DNA of 64,000 bases from Bacteroidota bacterium (GTDB taxonomy: Bacteria; Bacteroidota; Bacteroidia; Bacteroidales; ML635J-15). A model generated the notes under the pieces. It ran no database searches and was not told where the DNA came from. It saw nothing but the letters and a program-made list of their open reading frames with translations. Made by a program: the position numbers and the translations under genes. Position 1 is the stretch's first letter. Every line of letters starts with the position of its first letter. Of the stretch, positions 47,434-56,183 are shown piece after piece. Where the stretch lies: assembly GCA_029564465.1 (NCBI GenBank), contig JAKQPY010000075.1, forward strand, positions 5,814-69,813, read 5' to 3'.

Positions 47434-47745
47434 TCAAAGCTTCTTAACAATCAGTATCCGAGCAGTTTTATCACCCGGGTTACTGATGCAGTGCGCGTTA
47501 CCTCCCGCACAGAAAGTCAGTGTTTCGGTATCGGCTATTTGGGTTTCGTTGCCTACGCTAATTTCGGGATTGCCTTCGAGCACATAGAAAAATGCATCGG
47601 TGGCAATGGTGACTTTACTCAGCATTTTACCCGGCTCCAGTTGCAGGTGCAGAATGTCTAAGTCGTTGCGGTTGAAAAGCACCCTTACGTCGGCGTTGAA
47701 CGGATTCGGTCGTAACGGTGCATTCCCGTAATGAATGGTCTCCAT
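47434..47745 (-). CDS. Cupin-domain protein
   Basis: 103-aa single cupin barrel ('FFYVLEGNPEISVGNE...LTFCAGGNAHCISN'). Confidence 0.78.
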   Translation of the reverse strand: METIHYGNAPLRPNPFNADVRVLFNRNDLDILHLQLEPGKMLSKVTIATDAFFYVLEGNPEISVGNETQIADTETLTFCAGGNAHCISNPGDKTARILIVKKL

Positions 47746-47749
47746 GTGC

Positions 47750-48079
47750 TCAGGCTTTTATCATGGTAAGCAACATCTTAAACTGCTCGTTGGCAACAAC
47801 GGCATGCGGAATATTGGCCGGCATGATAATGGTTTTACCTTCGTTAACGCTGTAGCTTACGCCATCGATAATTACTTCGGCGGTACCGTCTAACACCTGA
47901 ATCATGGCATCAAACGGGGCTGTGTGTTCGCTCAGCGATTCACCTTTGTCGAATGCAAAAAGACTGAGGTTGCCCTGCGGTTTCTTAATAATCGTGCGGC
48001 TCACAATAGCCCCGGTCTGATACGAAACCATGTCGGCCAGATTCATTACACTGGCTTTTGGGAAATCCTGATTTTCCAT
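47750..48079 (-). CDS. Cupin-domain protein
   Basis: 'LSEHTAPFDAMIQVLDGTAEVIIDGVSYSVNEGKTIIMPANIPHAV' contains the cupin motifs. The ATG at 48079 is preferred over 48136, which would overlap the upstream small ORF. Confidence 0.75.
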   Translation of the reverse strand: MENQDFPKASVMNLADMVSYQTGAIVSRTIIKKPQGNLSLFAFDKGESLSEHTAPFDAMIQVLDGTAEVIIDGVSYSVNEGKTIIMPANIPHAVVANEQFKMLLTMIKA

Positions 48080-48086
48080 AGTGTTT

Positions 48087-48266
48087 TTATTTTCTGAATT
48101 TCTTAAGTATTTCTTCAATATCTTCGATGCAACCACCGCAAACGGTTCCTGCTTCGGTTTTCTCCTGAATTTTTTCGACGGTGTCGCAGTTGTCGTTCAG
48201 AATTGCATCTTCAATTTGTTGTTCGGTTACCTGATTGCAGGTGCAGATAATTTTGTTGCTTCCCAT
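48087..48266 (-). CDS. BFD-like [2Fe-2S]-binding domain protein (59 aa), below the ORF-track length cutoff
   Basis: My own translation is MGSNKIICTCNQVTEQQIEDAILNDNCDTVEKIQEKTEAGTVCGGCIEDIEEILKKFRK. The C-x-C ... C-x-x-C spacing and 'GTVCGGC' are typical of the Bfd / NifU-N-like 2Fe-2S domain. The ORF is 180 nt with ATG at 48266 and TAA at 48087-89. Confidence 0.7.
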   Translation of the reverse strand: MGSNKIICTCNQVTEQQIEDAILNDNCDTVEKIQEKTEAGTVCGGCIEDIEEILKKFRK

Positions 48267-48282
48267 AATAATTTTGTTTTAA

Positions 48283-48310
48283 ACAGGAACGGCGTAAAAG
48301 CCGTTCCTGT
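48283..48310 (-). terminator. Strong hairpin between hcp and the BFD-like ORF (attenuator or partial terminator)
   Basis: acaggaacggc (48283-93) pairs with gccgttcctgt (48300-10) as an 11-bp perfect stem. The downstream U-tract on the minus strand is weak. Confidence 0.4.
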
Positions 48311-48337
48311 AAGGTTAATTTTTCAAATATAACAAAA

Positions 48338-49987
48338 TTATGCTGTCATTGCTGCAATGTCAGCGTCAACTTCGGTGATTCCGGCAATTCCAAAATTTTG
48401 CACCAGTACGTTGGCTACAGCCGGCGAAAGGAATCCGGGCAATGTGGGGCCGAGATGGATGTTTTTCACTCCAAGATACAACAGCGCCAGCAACACGATT
48501 ACGGCTTTCTGTTCGTACCATGCAATGTTGTACACAATGGGAAGTTCGTTGATGTCTTTCAGTCCGAACACTTCCTTCAGGGTGAGTGCGATTACGGCCA
48601 GAGAGTAGCTGTCGTTGCACTGTCCTGCATCGAGTACACGGGGAATACCTCCGATGTTACCCAGTTCCAGTTTGTTGTAGCGGTATTTTGCACAGCCTGC
48701 GGTAAGAATTACGGTATCGGCAGGCAATTTAGCAGCAAATTCGGTGTAATAATCGCGCGATTTCATACGTCCGTCGCATCCTGCCATTACAAAGAATTTA
48801 CGGATGGCGCCCGATTTTACGGCATCAACCACCTTGTCGGCGAGTTGCAATACCTGATTGTGGGCAAATCCACCAATGATGGTTCCGTTTTCGATGGCTA
48901 CCGGTGGCTGACATTTTTTGGCATGCTCAATAATTTCGGTGAAATCTTTAGTCTGGCCTTTCGGAGGATTTGGAATGTGTTTGGCTCCTTCTAATCCGGC
49001 AGCACCGGTGGTATAAATTTTACCGAGGTAACCTGCGTCTTTCTTCGGCGGTACAATACAGTTGGTGGTGAAAAGGATGGGCCCGTTGAAGGTTTCGAAT
49101 TCTTCGCGTTGTTTCCACCATGCGTTTCCGTAGTTACCCACGAAATGTTTGTATTTTTTGAAAGCGGGATAATAATTGGCCGGAAGCATTTCGCTGTGGG
49201 TGTAAACGTCAACGCCGGTTCCTTCGGTCTGATTCAGCAACTGCTCCATATCATTCAAATCGTGACCGCTGATGAGGATACCGGGACGGGTTCCCACACC
49301 AATGTTTACCTCAGTAATTTCGGGGTTTCCGAATCTTTCGGTATTGGCTTTATCGAGCAAGGCCATTACATCGACACCATATTTTCCGCATTCCATTACA
49401 AGGTCAATCAGTTCGGGAACGGTCTTTTCTTCGGTGGTGGCAGCCAGACCTTTTTGCATGAATGCGAAAATCTGGTTGTTCTGATAACCCAGATTAAATG
49501 CGTGTTCAGCGTAGGCAGCCATACCTTTAATTCCGTAGGTAAGCAGTTCTTTCAGCGAGCGGATGTCTTCGTTTTCGATCGAAAGCACACCAATGAGGCG
49601 GCTCTTGGCTTCCATTTCGGCCAAATCGTTGCTGAACCAGCGGGTACTGGAGTGCATTTTTTCGGGAAGACTGATTCCTGCCCTTTCAATTTCTTTTTTT
49701 ATCAGATCGCGTACTTCGAAACCCTGCCTGATTTTTTTCACGATGGCATCGTGATCGAAATTTGCATTGGTAATGGTAACAAACATGGCGTCGAAAACAA
49801 ATTTGTTGACTTCGTCGTTCTCGATACCCTTTTCGCGGGCGATGTTAGCCAGAATAGATACTCCCTTGGTTACATAAACCAGCAGGTCCTGCATAATGGC
49901 TACATCTTCGGTTTTACCGCATACTCCGGCAATGGTGCACCCTGTGCCCTTTGCTGTTTCCTGACATTGATAACAAAACATACTCAT
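48338..49987 (-). CDS. hcp: Hybrid cluster protein / hydroxylamine reductase
   Basis: '[23 protein letters not shown]' N-terminal Cys cluster, 549 aa, 'AGCDGR', and '[11 protein letters not shown]'. Confidence 0.96.
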   Translation of the reverse strand: MSMFCYQCQETAKGTGCTIAGVCGKTEDVAIMQDLLVYVTKGVSILANIAREKGIENDEVNKFVFDAMFVTITNANFDHDAIVKKIRQGFEVRDLIKKEIERAGISLPEKMHSSTRWFSNDLAEMEAKSRLIGVLSIENEDIRSLKELLTYGIKGMAAYAEHAFNLGYQNNQIFAFMQKGLAATTEEKTVPELIDLVMECGKYGVDVMALLDKANTERFGNPEITEVNIGVGTRPGILISGHDLNDMEQLLNQTEGTGVDVYTHSEMLPANYYPAFKKYKHFVGNYGNAWWKQREEFETFNGPILFTTNCIVPPKKDAGYLGKIYTTGAAGLEGAKHIPNPPKGQTKDFTEIIEHAKKCQPPVAIENGTIIGGFAHNQVLQLADKVVDAVKSGAIRKFFVMAGCDGRMKSRDYYTEFAAKLPADTVILTAGCAKYRYNKLELGNIGGIPRVLDAGQCNDSYSLAVIALTLKEVFGLKDINELPIVYNIAWYEQKAVIVLLALLYLGVKNIHLGPTLPGFLSPAVANVLVQNFGIAGITEVDADIAAMTA

Positions 49988-50024
49988 AATTTTAAAATTT
50001 TTAGTTATTGGTTTTGGTGTTTAT

Positions 50025-50954
50025 TTAAATCCAGTTATTACTGATAATATTTCCGTCGATGCCGACCACGATTTCCTTTACGGGAACTTTCGATCCGGTT
50101 TCTTCGATGGCGCGTTTTACGATTTGTACCAGCGAGAAGCAGCAGGGCACTTCCATTCGCATCACGGTAATGGTGTTGATATGCGCACCTGTTATGAGTG
50201 CTTTAATTTTATTGAGATATACATCGAGACCCTGATCGAGTTTCGGACAGGCAATCACCAGTTTACGGCCTTTCAGGTAATCCTGATGGAAGTTTCCCAT
50301 GCTGAAAGCGGTGCAATCGGCGGCAATCAGCAAGTCAGCTCCGTTGAAGTGTGGTGTAGAAGGGTTAATCAGATGCAGCTGAATAGGCCATTGGGTGAGT
50401 TCCGATTGCAACGAGCCTGTGCTTACCTGTGCGGCCGGTTTCTGAAAACTGCGCGCAGCCGAACCCGGACATCCTCCGCCATGATTATGACCATGTGCAT
50501 GATGCACAGGCTCTTCAAACTCTTCATCGTGATCGTGGCCACCACAACCACACGACGAAGCCTGCTGTTTGCTGCGTAAGCCTTCAACTACCTCCTCGAT
50601 GCGGAAAGCCAATTCCTCCTTGTGGTCGAACAAATACGTAATGCCCTGTTTGAAAAATACTTCCTGCTGATGGTCGAGCAGATGCTTCAGATGCGCAATA
50701 ATGGTGTTTTTACCTTTGGGAATCATTCCCTTGATTACTTCCACCTCGTTGTATTCCTCAGCCTCGCGCTCCTCGATACTGATGGCTCCTTCGGGACAAT
50801 GGCCCAGACAGGCTCCGAGTCCGTCACACATCAGGTCGCTGATAAGGCGTGCTTTTCCGTCAATAATTTGCAGGGCTCCTTCGTGGCAATTCGGTACACA
50901 ATTACCACAACCATTACACAAATCTTCGTCAATTTTTATAATGCTTCTTTTCAT
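50025..50954 (-). CDS. 4Fe-4S dicluster-domain protein with a His/Cys-rich linker (hcp-associated)
   Basis: 'CNGCGNCVPNCHEGA' and 'CDGLGACLGHCPEGA' ferredoxin motifs, linker 'CGCGGHDHDEEFEEPVHHAHGHNHGGGC', and C-terminal 'LIAADCTAF...VIACPKLD'. Confidence 0.8.
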   Translation of the reverse strand: MKRSIIKIDEDLCNGCGNCVPNCHEGALQIIDGKARLISDLMCDGLGACLGHCPEGAISIEEREAEEYNEVEVIKGMIPKGKNTIIAHLKHLLDHQQEVFFKQGITYLFDHKEELAFRIEEVVEGLRSKQQASSCGCGGHDHDEEFEEPVHHAHGHNHGGGCPGSAARSFQKPAAQVSTGSLQSELTQWPIQLHLINPSTPHFNGADLLIAADCTAFSMGNFHQDYLKGRKLVIACPKLDQGLDVYLNKIKALITGAHINTITVMRMEVPCCFSLVQIVKRAIEETGSKVPVKEIVVGIDGNIISNNWI

Positions 50955-51008
50955 GTTGCTTTTGTTTTAAATTATGTCACAAAAATCGTTTGAAAATCCG
51001 AATGAAAA

Positions 51009-51024
51009 TGTAACATTTGTTACA
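51009..51024. promoter_or_regulatory. Perfect palindrome TGTAAC-ATTT-GTTACA, a candidate Crp/Fnr (HcpR-type) operator in the divergent hcp-operon/regulator intergenic region
   Basis: Read directly from the sequence. The 5-N4-5 geometry is the same as FNR/CRP boxes. The centre lies about 62 nt upstream of the 50954 start and about 29 nt upstream of the 51045 start. Confidence 0.6.
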
Positions 51025-51044
51025 AAATTGAAAAAAAGCTTTAT

Positions 51045-51725
51045 ATGCCGGAAATAAATTTATTTAAAGTACTAACATCAGGGGCTGTTTTTGCAGGCCT
51101 CGATGAAGCAGCGGTAATGAAAATTCTTGCAGGAGTGCACTATCAGGTAAAGGCATACGAAAAAGACGGGATGGTAGCTACAAAGGGAGAGCCCTGCGAA
51201 TGGCTGCAGGTGGTAATTTCGGGCACAGTGCGCGGCGAAATGACCGATACCGAAGGTAAGGTGTTGAAAATCGAAAATGTGGGAGCCGGACAGACAATTG
51301 CCATTGCTTTTTTGTACGGGCGAAATGCGCGGTATCCGGTGAATGTTATTGCCAACAGCGACTGCAGCATATTCAGAATTTCGAAAACCGATATGATAAA
51401 AGTAATGCAGCAGTTTCCTCAGGTACTCGAGAACATGCTGATTATGGTTTCCGAAAAAGCACAATTTTTATCGGGAAGGATACATTTTCTCACCCTTAAA
51501 ACAATCAAGGAAAAAATTGCTGCATATATAATAAGTAGGTTGCGACCAAACACCATTTCGTTGGAACTCGACAAAAACCAGGGAGAACTGGCTGAATATT
51601 TCGGTGTGACACGCCCGGCCCTGGCCCGTGCGCTGAAACAGCTCGAAGATGAAAAGCTTATCGGGGTAAAAGGGAGAACCATTCAGGTTTTCAACAGGGA
51701 AGGTTTGCTCCGTTTATCAATGTAA
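51045..51725 (+). CDS. Crp/Fnr-family transcriptional regulator (HcpR-like by context)
   Basis: cNMP-binding-like beta-barrel N-domain and C-terminal HTH 'NQGELAEYFGVTRPALARALKQLEDEKLI'. It is divergent from the hcp operon. Confidence 0.8.
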   Translation: MPEINLFKVLTSGAVFAGLDEAAVMKILAGVHYQVKAYEKDGMVATKGEPCEWLQVVISGTVRGEMTDTEGKVLKIENVGAGQTIAIAFLYGRNARYPVNVIANSDCSIFRISKTDMIKVMQQFPQVLENMLIMVSEKAQFLSGRIHFLTLKTIKEKIAAYIISRLRPNTISLELDKNQGELAEYFGVTRPALARALKQLEDEKLIGVKGRTIQVFNREGLLRLSM

Positions 51726-51841
51726 ATGGGGCTGGCACACATATTGAGTCAGTGATTGCCACACGTATTGATTAAAATTTAAAATCATTCGTAATTTTTA
51801 AGTATTTTATTTATTTTAGCAACCAAACAAAAAGTATAATT

Positions 51842-53407
51842 ATGAAAAAGCTCATTTTGTCGGTCGTGTTTGCTCTCTGTATTGCAGCATCAGTGCTTTC
51901 GCAACCTTTGGCAGTAAATTTCGGAGGAGGTCTCGACTACACAATGCCGAAGAATAACGACATGGTTCGGCTTATTGGTGGCGATTCACGAAGTATGTTT
52001 GCCATCAGAATCGACGATAAAGACCAGTTATATCTCGATCAGTTCGATGCCAACTCGATGATGCAGTCTTCAACCAGTCCGCTGACTATTCCTTCGGTCG
52101 ATGGTATCCAGGGCAAATTTGTGGATTTGTTTTTTATCGATGGAAAATTGATTCTTTTCACCGAAGTGCTGAACAATACCCGAAAAGAAAAAACCCTGTA
52201 TGCTCAGTTTATTGATGACAGGGGTAAAATTATGGGTGAAACCGAACCCATTGGCCGTTTGCTGGAGCAAAACACAGCGGTTGATTTTAATGTGGAACTC
52301 AGCAGCGATGGTGAATATATTTTCGTGTATTACAATCAACCTTTTGTGAAGTACAACGAAGAGTTATTTTATCTCAAAGTTTTCGGTTCAGACCTTGAAG
52401 AAAAATATGATGTTGACGTAAAACTTCCGATGAACAATCTGGTTTTCTCCGTTGTTCAGTACGAAACCAACAAACTGGGGCTGGTGTATATGATTGCCGA
52501 GATTACCCCCGAAAAGCGTAACAAACGCAGTAATGTATCGGCAGCCAGTCAGTTTAAACTGATAGTTTACGATGTGAAAGCCGACAAAGCTGAAGCCTAC
52601 GATATCAAAGCAGAAAAATACGAACTTGCCAACCTGATTATGGGTACCGATTTGTCGGGTAATGTTGACATTTATGGATTAATGACCCGTAAAGGAAAAG
52701 TTGAAACGGAAGGAATTTTCCATAAAAAATTCGATATTACGACCCGTAAATTTATTTCGGCTGATGCCAAAAAAGGGTATTATATTTTCAAACGTGAGGA
52801 ATTACCGGAATTCCGGAACCCCAGGGTTTCAGAACGCATTGATCAGGTGTATAACTATGCATTGAAAAACGTATTGTACCTGGCCAACGGTAGTTCAGTT
52901 GTTGTAATGGAGCATCAGAACTACTGGATGGATTCGATGCCCGACCCGCAGACAAAACAAACCACCTATCAGGAGTACCTTAAGTTTAACGATATTCTGA
53001 TTGCCTGCACCGATGCACAAAACAACATGATTTGGATGAAGCGCATTCCCAAAAGCCAGAAAAGCTACAACGACTATGGCAAATATTCATCATTTTACGC
53101 TACGGTTAACCTCGATTGGGTGATGCTATTTTATAACGATAACCCCAAGAACATAAAGAACCTGAGTAAAAAGATTCTCGATGGGACCAAATACTCTTCC
53201 TGCTTTTTACCCGACCGTACGGGCAATCCCGTTGTGGTGAGTGTATTTGCTGATGGCGACATCATTGGGTATCCGATGTTCGAAAAGAAACAGAAGAAAA
53301 ATATCATTGTTCCGTCGATGATTACCCGCTATGGCGACACCTATATGGCATACACCCAGAAAGGGGTAAAGTATAAATTTGGGACTTTCACCATTTCGCT
53401 TCGATAG
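51842..53407 (+). CDS. Hypothetical exported protein
   Basis: Signal peptide 'MKKLILSVVFALCIAASVLSQ', 521 aa, no recognised motif. Confidence 0.6.
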   Translation: MKKLILSVVFALCIAASVLSQPLAVNFGGGLDYTMPKNNDMVRLIGGDSRSMFAIRIDDKDQLYLDQFDANSMMQSSTSPLTIPSVDGIQGKFVDLFFIDGKLILFTEVLNNTRKEKTLYAQFIDDRGKIMGETEPIGRLLEQNTAVDFNVELSSDGEYIFVYYNQPFVKYNEELFYLKVFGSDLEEKYDVDVKLPMNNLVFSVVQYETNKLGLVYMIAEITPEKRNKRSNVSAASQFKLIVYDVKADKAEAYDIKAEKYELANLIMGTDLSGNVDIYGLMTRKGKVETEGIFHKKFDITTRKFISADAKKGYYIFKREELPEFRNPRVSERIDQVYNYALKNVLYLANGSSVVVMEHQNYWMDSMPDPQTKQTTYQEYLKFNDILIACTDAQNNMIWMKRIPKSQKSYNDYGKYSSFYATVNLDWVMLFYNDNPKNIKNLSKKILDGTKYSSCFLPDRTGNPVVVSVFADGDIIGYPMFEKKQKKNIIVPSMITRYGDTYMAYTQKGVKYKFGTFTISLR

Positions 53408-53432
53408 AAATTAAAAAGAGTTGATATAAAAA

Positions 53433-53457
53433 GCGCAGAGAAATTCTGCGTTTTTTG
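53433..53457 (+). terminator. Rho-independent terminator
   Basis: cgcag (53434-38) pairs with ctgcg (53446-50), followed by a T6 run. Confidence 0.5.
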
Positions 53458-53529
53458 TTTTACAATTCAGTGAGTTGCAATTTTATCGTTACCTTGCACC
53501 GGACAAATCATCTGAACTCAGGCTCTGAT

Positions 53530-54273
53530 ATGGCGAAGGCCTTTAAAATATTACTGATTTTGTGCGTTGCTTTTGTATCGTCTCACTTTACTAAGGGACA
53601 ACAGGTGCAGCAGGCTCCCGATTTTACCATTACCGACACGGATGGAAACACGGTAAACCTGTATAGCATTCTTGATGAAGGAAAAACTGTGCTGCTGTTT
53701 TTTTTCAATATCGACTGCGGACATTGCCACTTACAGGCCCCCGATGTTGACTCGGTATGGCAGGCAACAGGTTTTGGAGCAGGGAATGTCGTGGTTTGGG
53801 GCTTCGAGACATCAACACTCCAGGAGGTTTACAACGAAGATGTTGTATTATTTAAAACCGAAACCGGCATTGGGTTTCCTTGTTTCTCGAATTATAATCA
53901 GGAACCGGTGCATCAATATTTCAATGTAAGCTATACTCCACAGATTCACATTATCTGTCCCGATAAACGCCGTTCGGAAATATCGTTTTACGAGATGCTC
54001 GAAAGCATTGCCGGATGCGGGCCAAACATTATTACCAATCTGCCCGCAATAAACCCGCTAACAGCCATAATAACAGACAAGCATCTTCTCATCGAAAATG
54101 CGGGTAGAGAAAGAATTAAAATTCAGGTGTTTAATATGTTGGGAGTTTGTGTTTTTTCGGGTGAAGTAGAAGCAGAAAGCCAGATTTTGGTTGCTTTACC
54201 CGAAAATGCTGATGTGTTTTTACTGCGATCGGTTTCTGGCGGAATGGCTCATGTTTTGAAAATAGTGAGATAG
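53530..54273 (+). CDS. TlpA-like thioredoxin-fold protein with a probable T9SS-type C-terminal domain
   Basis: Signal peptide 'MAKAFKILLILCVAFVSSHF', redox motif 'FFNIDCGHCHLQAP' (CxxC), and a C-terminal beta-rich 'IKIQVFNMLGVCVFSGEV...VFLLRSVSGGMAHVLKIVR'. Confidence 0.68.
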   Translation: MAKAFKILLILCVAFVSSHFTKGQQVQQAPDFTITDTDGNTVNLYSILDEGKTVLLFFFNIDCGHCHLQAPDVDSVWQATGFGAGNVVVWGFETSTLQEVYNEDVVLFKTETGIGFPCFSNYNQEPVHQYFNVSYTPQIHIICPDKRRSEISFYEMLESIAGCGPNIITNLPAINPLTAIITDKHLLIENAGRERIKIQVFNMLGVCVFSGEVEAESQILVALPENADVFLLRSVSGGMAHVLKIVR

Positions 54274-54274
54274 T

Positions 54275-54637
54275 ATGATAAAACGGATTTTCTTTTTTTT
54301 CGTTGCGGCAATTGTTTGCATGCAGGCTTGCGAAACAATCTATAATTACGATTTAAGTTTTACGATGACACCGGGAGGTCAATCGGTGCGTAATGCTCTG
54401 GCAGATTTTATTCCCGAATCGGTGAACGCTCGTAAAGGAAGTATTTCGAACGATATCGAAATTATGTTTCAGCAGATTGATGCCAGTCAGCAGACCATAA
54501 TTGATTCGTTGCGCAACGATTTGCGACCAACATCCGACACTACGGTGGTTTTTTCGCTTGATGTTTCGGCTCTTGACCCCGACAACAAAGTAACTACCCG
54601 AAACTACACACGTAATTTTTCGCTACCGGCGTGGTAA
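54275..54637 (+). CDS. Small hypothetical lipoprotein
   Basis: 'FFFVAAIVCMQAC' signal/lipobox. It starts 1 nt after the preceding stop. Confidence 0.5.
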   Translation: MIKRIFFFFVAAIVCMQACETIYNYDLSFTMTPGGQSVRNALADFIPESVNARKGSISNDIEIMFQQIDASQQTIIDSLRNDLRPTSDTTVVFSLDVSALDPDNKVTTRNYTRNFSLPAW

Positions 54638-54685
54638 TTCATTGCTAAAATACGTAACTTTACTTGCTTATTTAATTGCTTGACT

Positions 54686-55636
54686 ATGAAAAAAGTCCTA
54701 GTGCTCGATTCGGTTCATCCGGTGATGTGTGAAATACTTCAGGCTGCCGGTTACGAAACAGTGGTAAACACCAAGATGTCGCGATACGAGTTGATACTCG
54801 AAATAATCAACTATTCAGGTATCATTCTGCGTAGCCGCATTACCATGGATAAAGAAATTATTGATCGTGCGAGAAAGCTGGAGTTTATTGGCCGGGTTGG
54901 AGCCGGAATGGAAAGTATCGATGTGGAATATGCTGCTTCAAAAGGGATTGTTTGCTTCAATTCGCCCGAAGGCAACCGCGATGCAGTAGCCGAACATGCT
55001 CTCGGTATGCTGCTGGCTATCGAAAATAATCTATTTCATGCCAGTTTGCAGGTGAAAAGCGGCAAATGGATTCGCGAAGAGAATCGGGGGGTCGAACTGA
55101 AGGGCAAAACCATTGGTATTATTGGTTATGGAAATATGGGCAGTGCATTTGCCCGGCGGCTGAGCGGATTTGGGTGCAGGGTACTGGCTTACGATAAGTA
55201 CAAATCAGGGTATTCCGATCAGTTTGCAACGGAGTGCGACATGCAGACGATATTTGAGGAAACCGATGTATTAAGCCTGCATGTTCCATTGACAGCAGAA
55301 ACACAGTATTTGTTTTGCACAGGCTATATTTCTAATTTCAGGAAAAACATTGTTTTAATAAACACTGCCCGTGGGCCCGTGGTAAAAACGGCCGATCTGG
55401 TCGATGGAATGAAAAGGGGAAAGATTGTTGCAGCAGCCCTTGATGTGATTGAATATGAGGAAACATCGTTTGAGCAAACATCCGACCTGCTGCAACATGC
55501 GGAATTTCGCTATCTGGCAGCATCAGACAAGGTAATTCTTACACCACATATTGCCGGATGGACAGTAGAATCGAAATACAAATTGTCGGAAGTGCTGGCA
55601 AATAAAATTGTTTCACATTTCAGGAATAAATCCTAA
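54686..55636 (+). CDS. D-isomer-specific 2-hydroxyacid dehydrogenase (phosphoglycerate dehydrogenase-like)
   Basis: NAD motif 'GIIGYGNMGSAFA', 'LINTARGPVV', and 'LTPHIAGWT'. Confidence 0.88.
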   Translation: MKKVLVLDSVHPVMCEILQAAGYETVVNTKMSRYELILEIINYSGIILRSRITMDKEIIDRARKLEFIGRVGAGMESIDVEYAASKGIVCFNSPEGNRDAVAEHALGMLLAIENNLFHASLQVKSGKWIREENRGVELKGKTIGIIGYGNMGSAFARRLSGFGCRVLAYDKYKSGYSDQFATECDMQTIFEETDVLSLHVPLTAETQYLFCTGYISNFRKNIVLINTARGPVVKTADLVDGMKRGKIVAAALDVIEYEETSFEQTSDLLQHAEFRYLAASDKVILTPHIAGWTVESKYKLSEVLANKIVSHFRNKS

Positions 55637-55641
55637 CAGGT

Positions 55642-56181
55642 ATGAGCATTATCAACGAAAATCAACTGGTGCACGATAGCCTGCATCGCGTTGCCGGACT
55701 GATGGCTGTGGCAGCCAGAACCGCGCCAAAAGCCAGGGGAATTGGCAATATTACCGTGTGCATTGTGGTAGGTGAAGAAATTCAGCACCTTGCTGAAAAA
55801 ATGAAACAGCTCTCGGTTGAATGGCAAATGCCCTTTTATAACCGCGATGCAGCCAACATCGGACAATGCCCGCTTGTTTTGCTGATTGGCACAAGAATCA
55901 ATCCGATCGGACTGAACCATTGCGGTTTGTGCGGTCACGAAAACTGCGATACAAAGCGCCGGTTTCCCGATGTACCCTGTGCTTTCAATACGGGTGATTT
56001 GGGTATTGCCATTGGTTCGGCTGTTTCGGTAGCAGCAAACCACCGTGTCGATTGCCGGGTTATGTTTTCGGCCGGTAAGGCTGCAAAAGCATTGAATCTG
56101 ATGGGTGATGAAACAAAAATAGTGTATGCTATACCTCTGAGCGTAAGTTCGAAAAGCCCGTTTTTCGACAGGCAGCAGTAG
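55642..56181 (+). CDS. DUF2148-like ferredoxin-domain protein
   Basis: 'AARTAPKARGI' and 'CGLCGHENC' resemble DUF2148 family proteins. This is by memory only. Confidence 0.55.
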   Translation: MSIINENQLVHDSLHRVAGLMAVAARTAPKARGIGNITVCIVVGEEIQHLAEKMKQLSVEWQMPFYNRDAANIGQCPLVLLIGTRINPIGLNHCGLCGHENCDTKRRFPDVPCAFNTGDLGIAIGSAVSVAANHRVDCRVMFSAGKAAKALNLMGDETKIVYAIPLSVSSKSPFFDRQQ

Positions 56182-56183
56182 TT

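Noticed and set aside
49109-50044. A 311-aa plus-strand ORF, together with 48398-48994 on the plus strand.
   Set aside because: It is antisense to hcp, whose identity is unambiguous. It is a shadow ORF.
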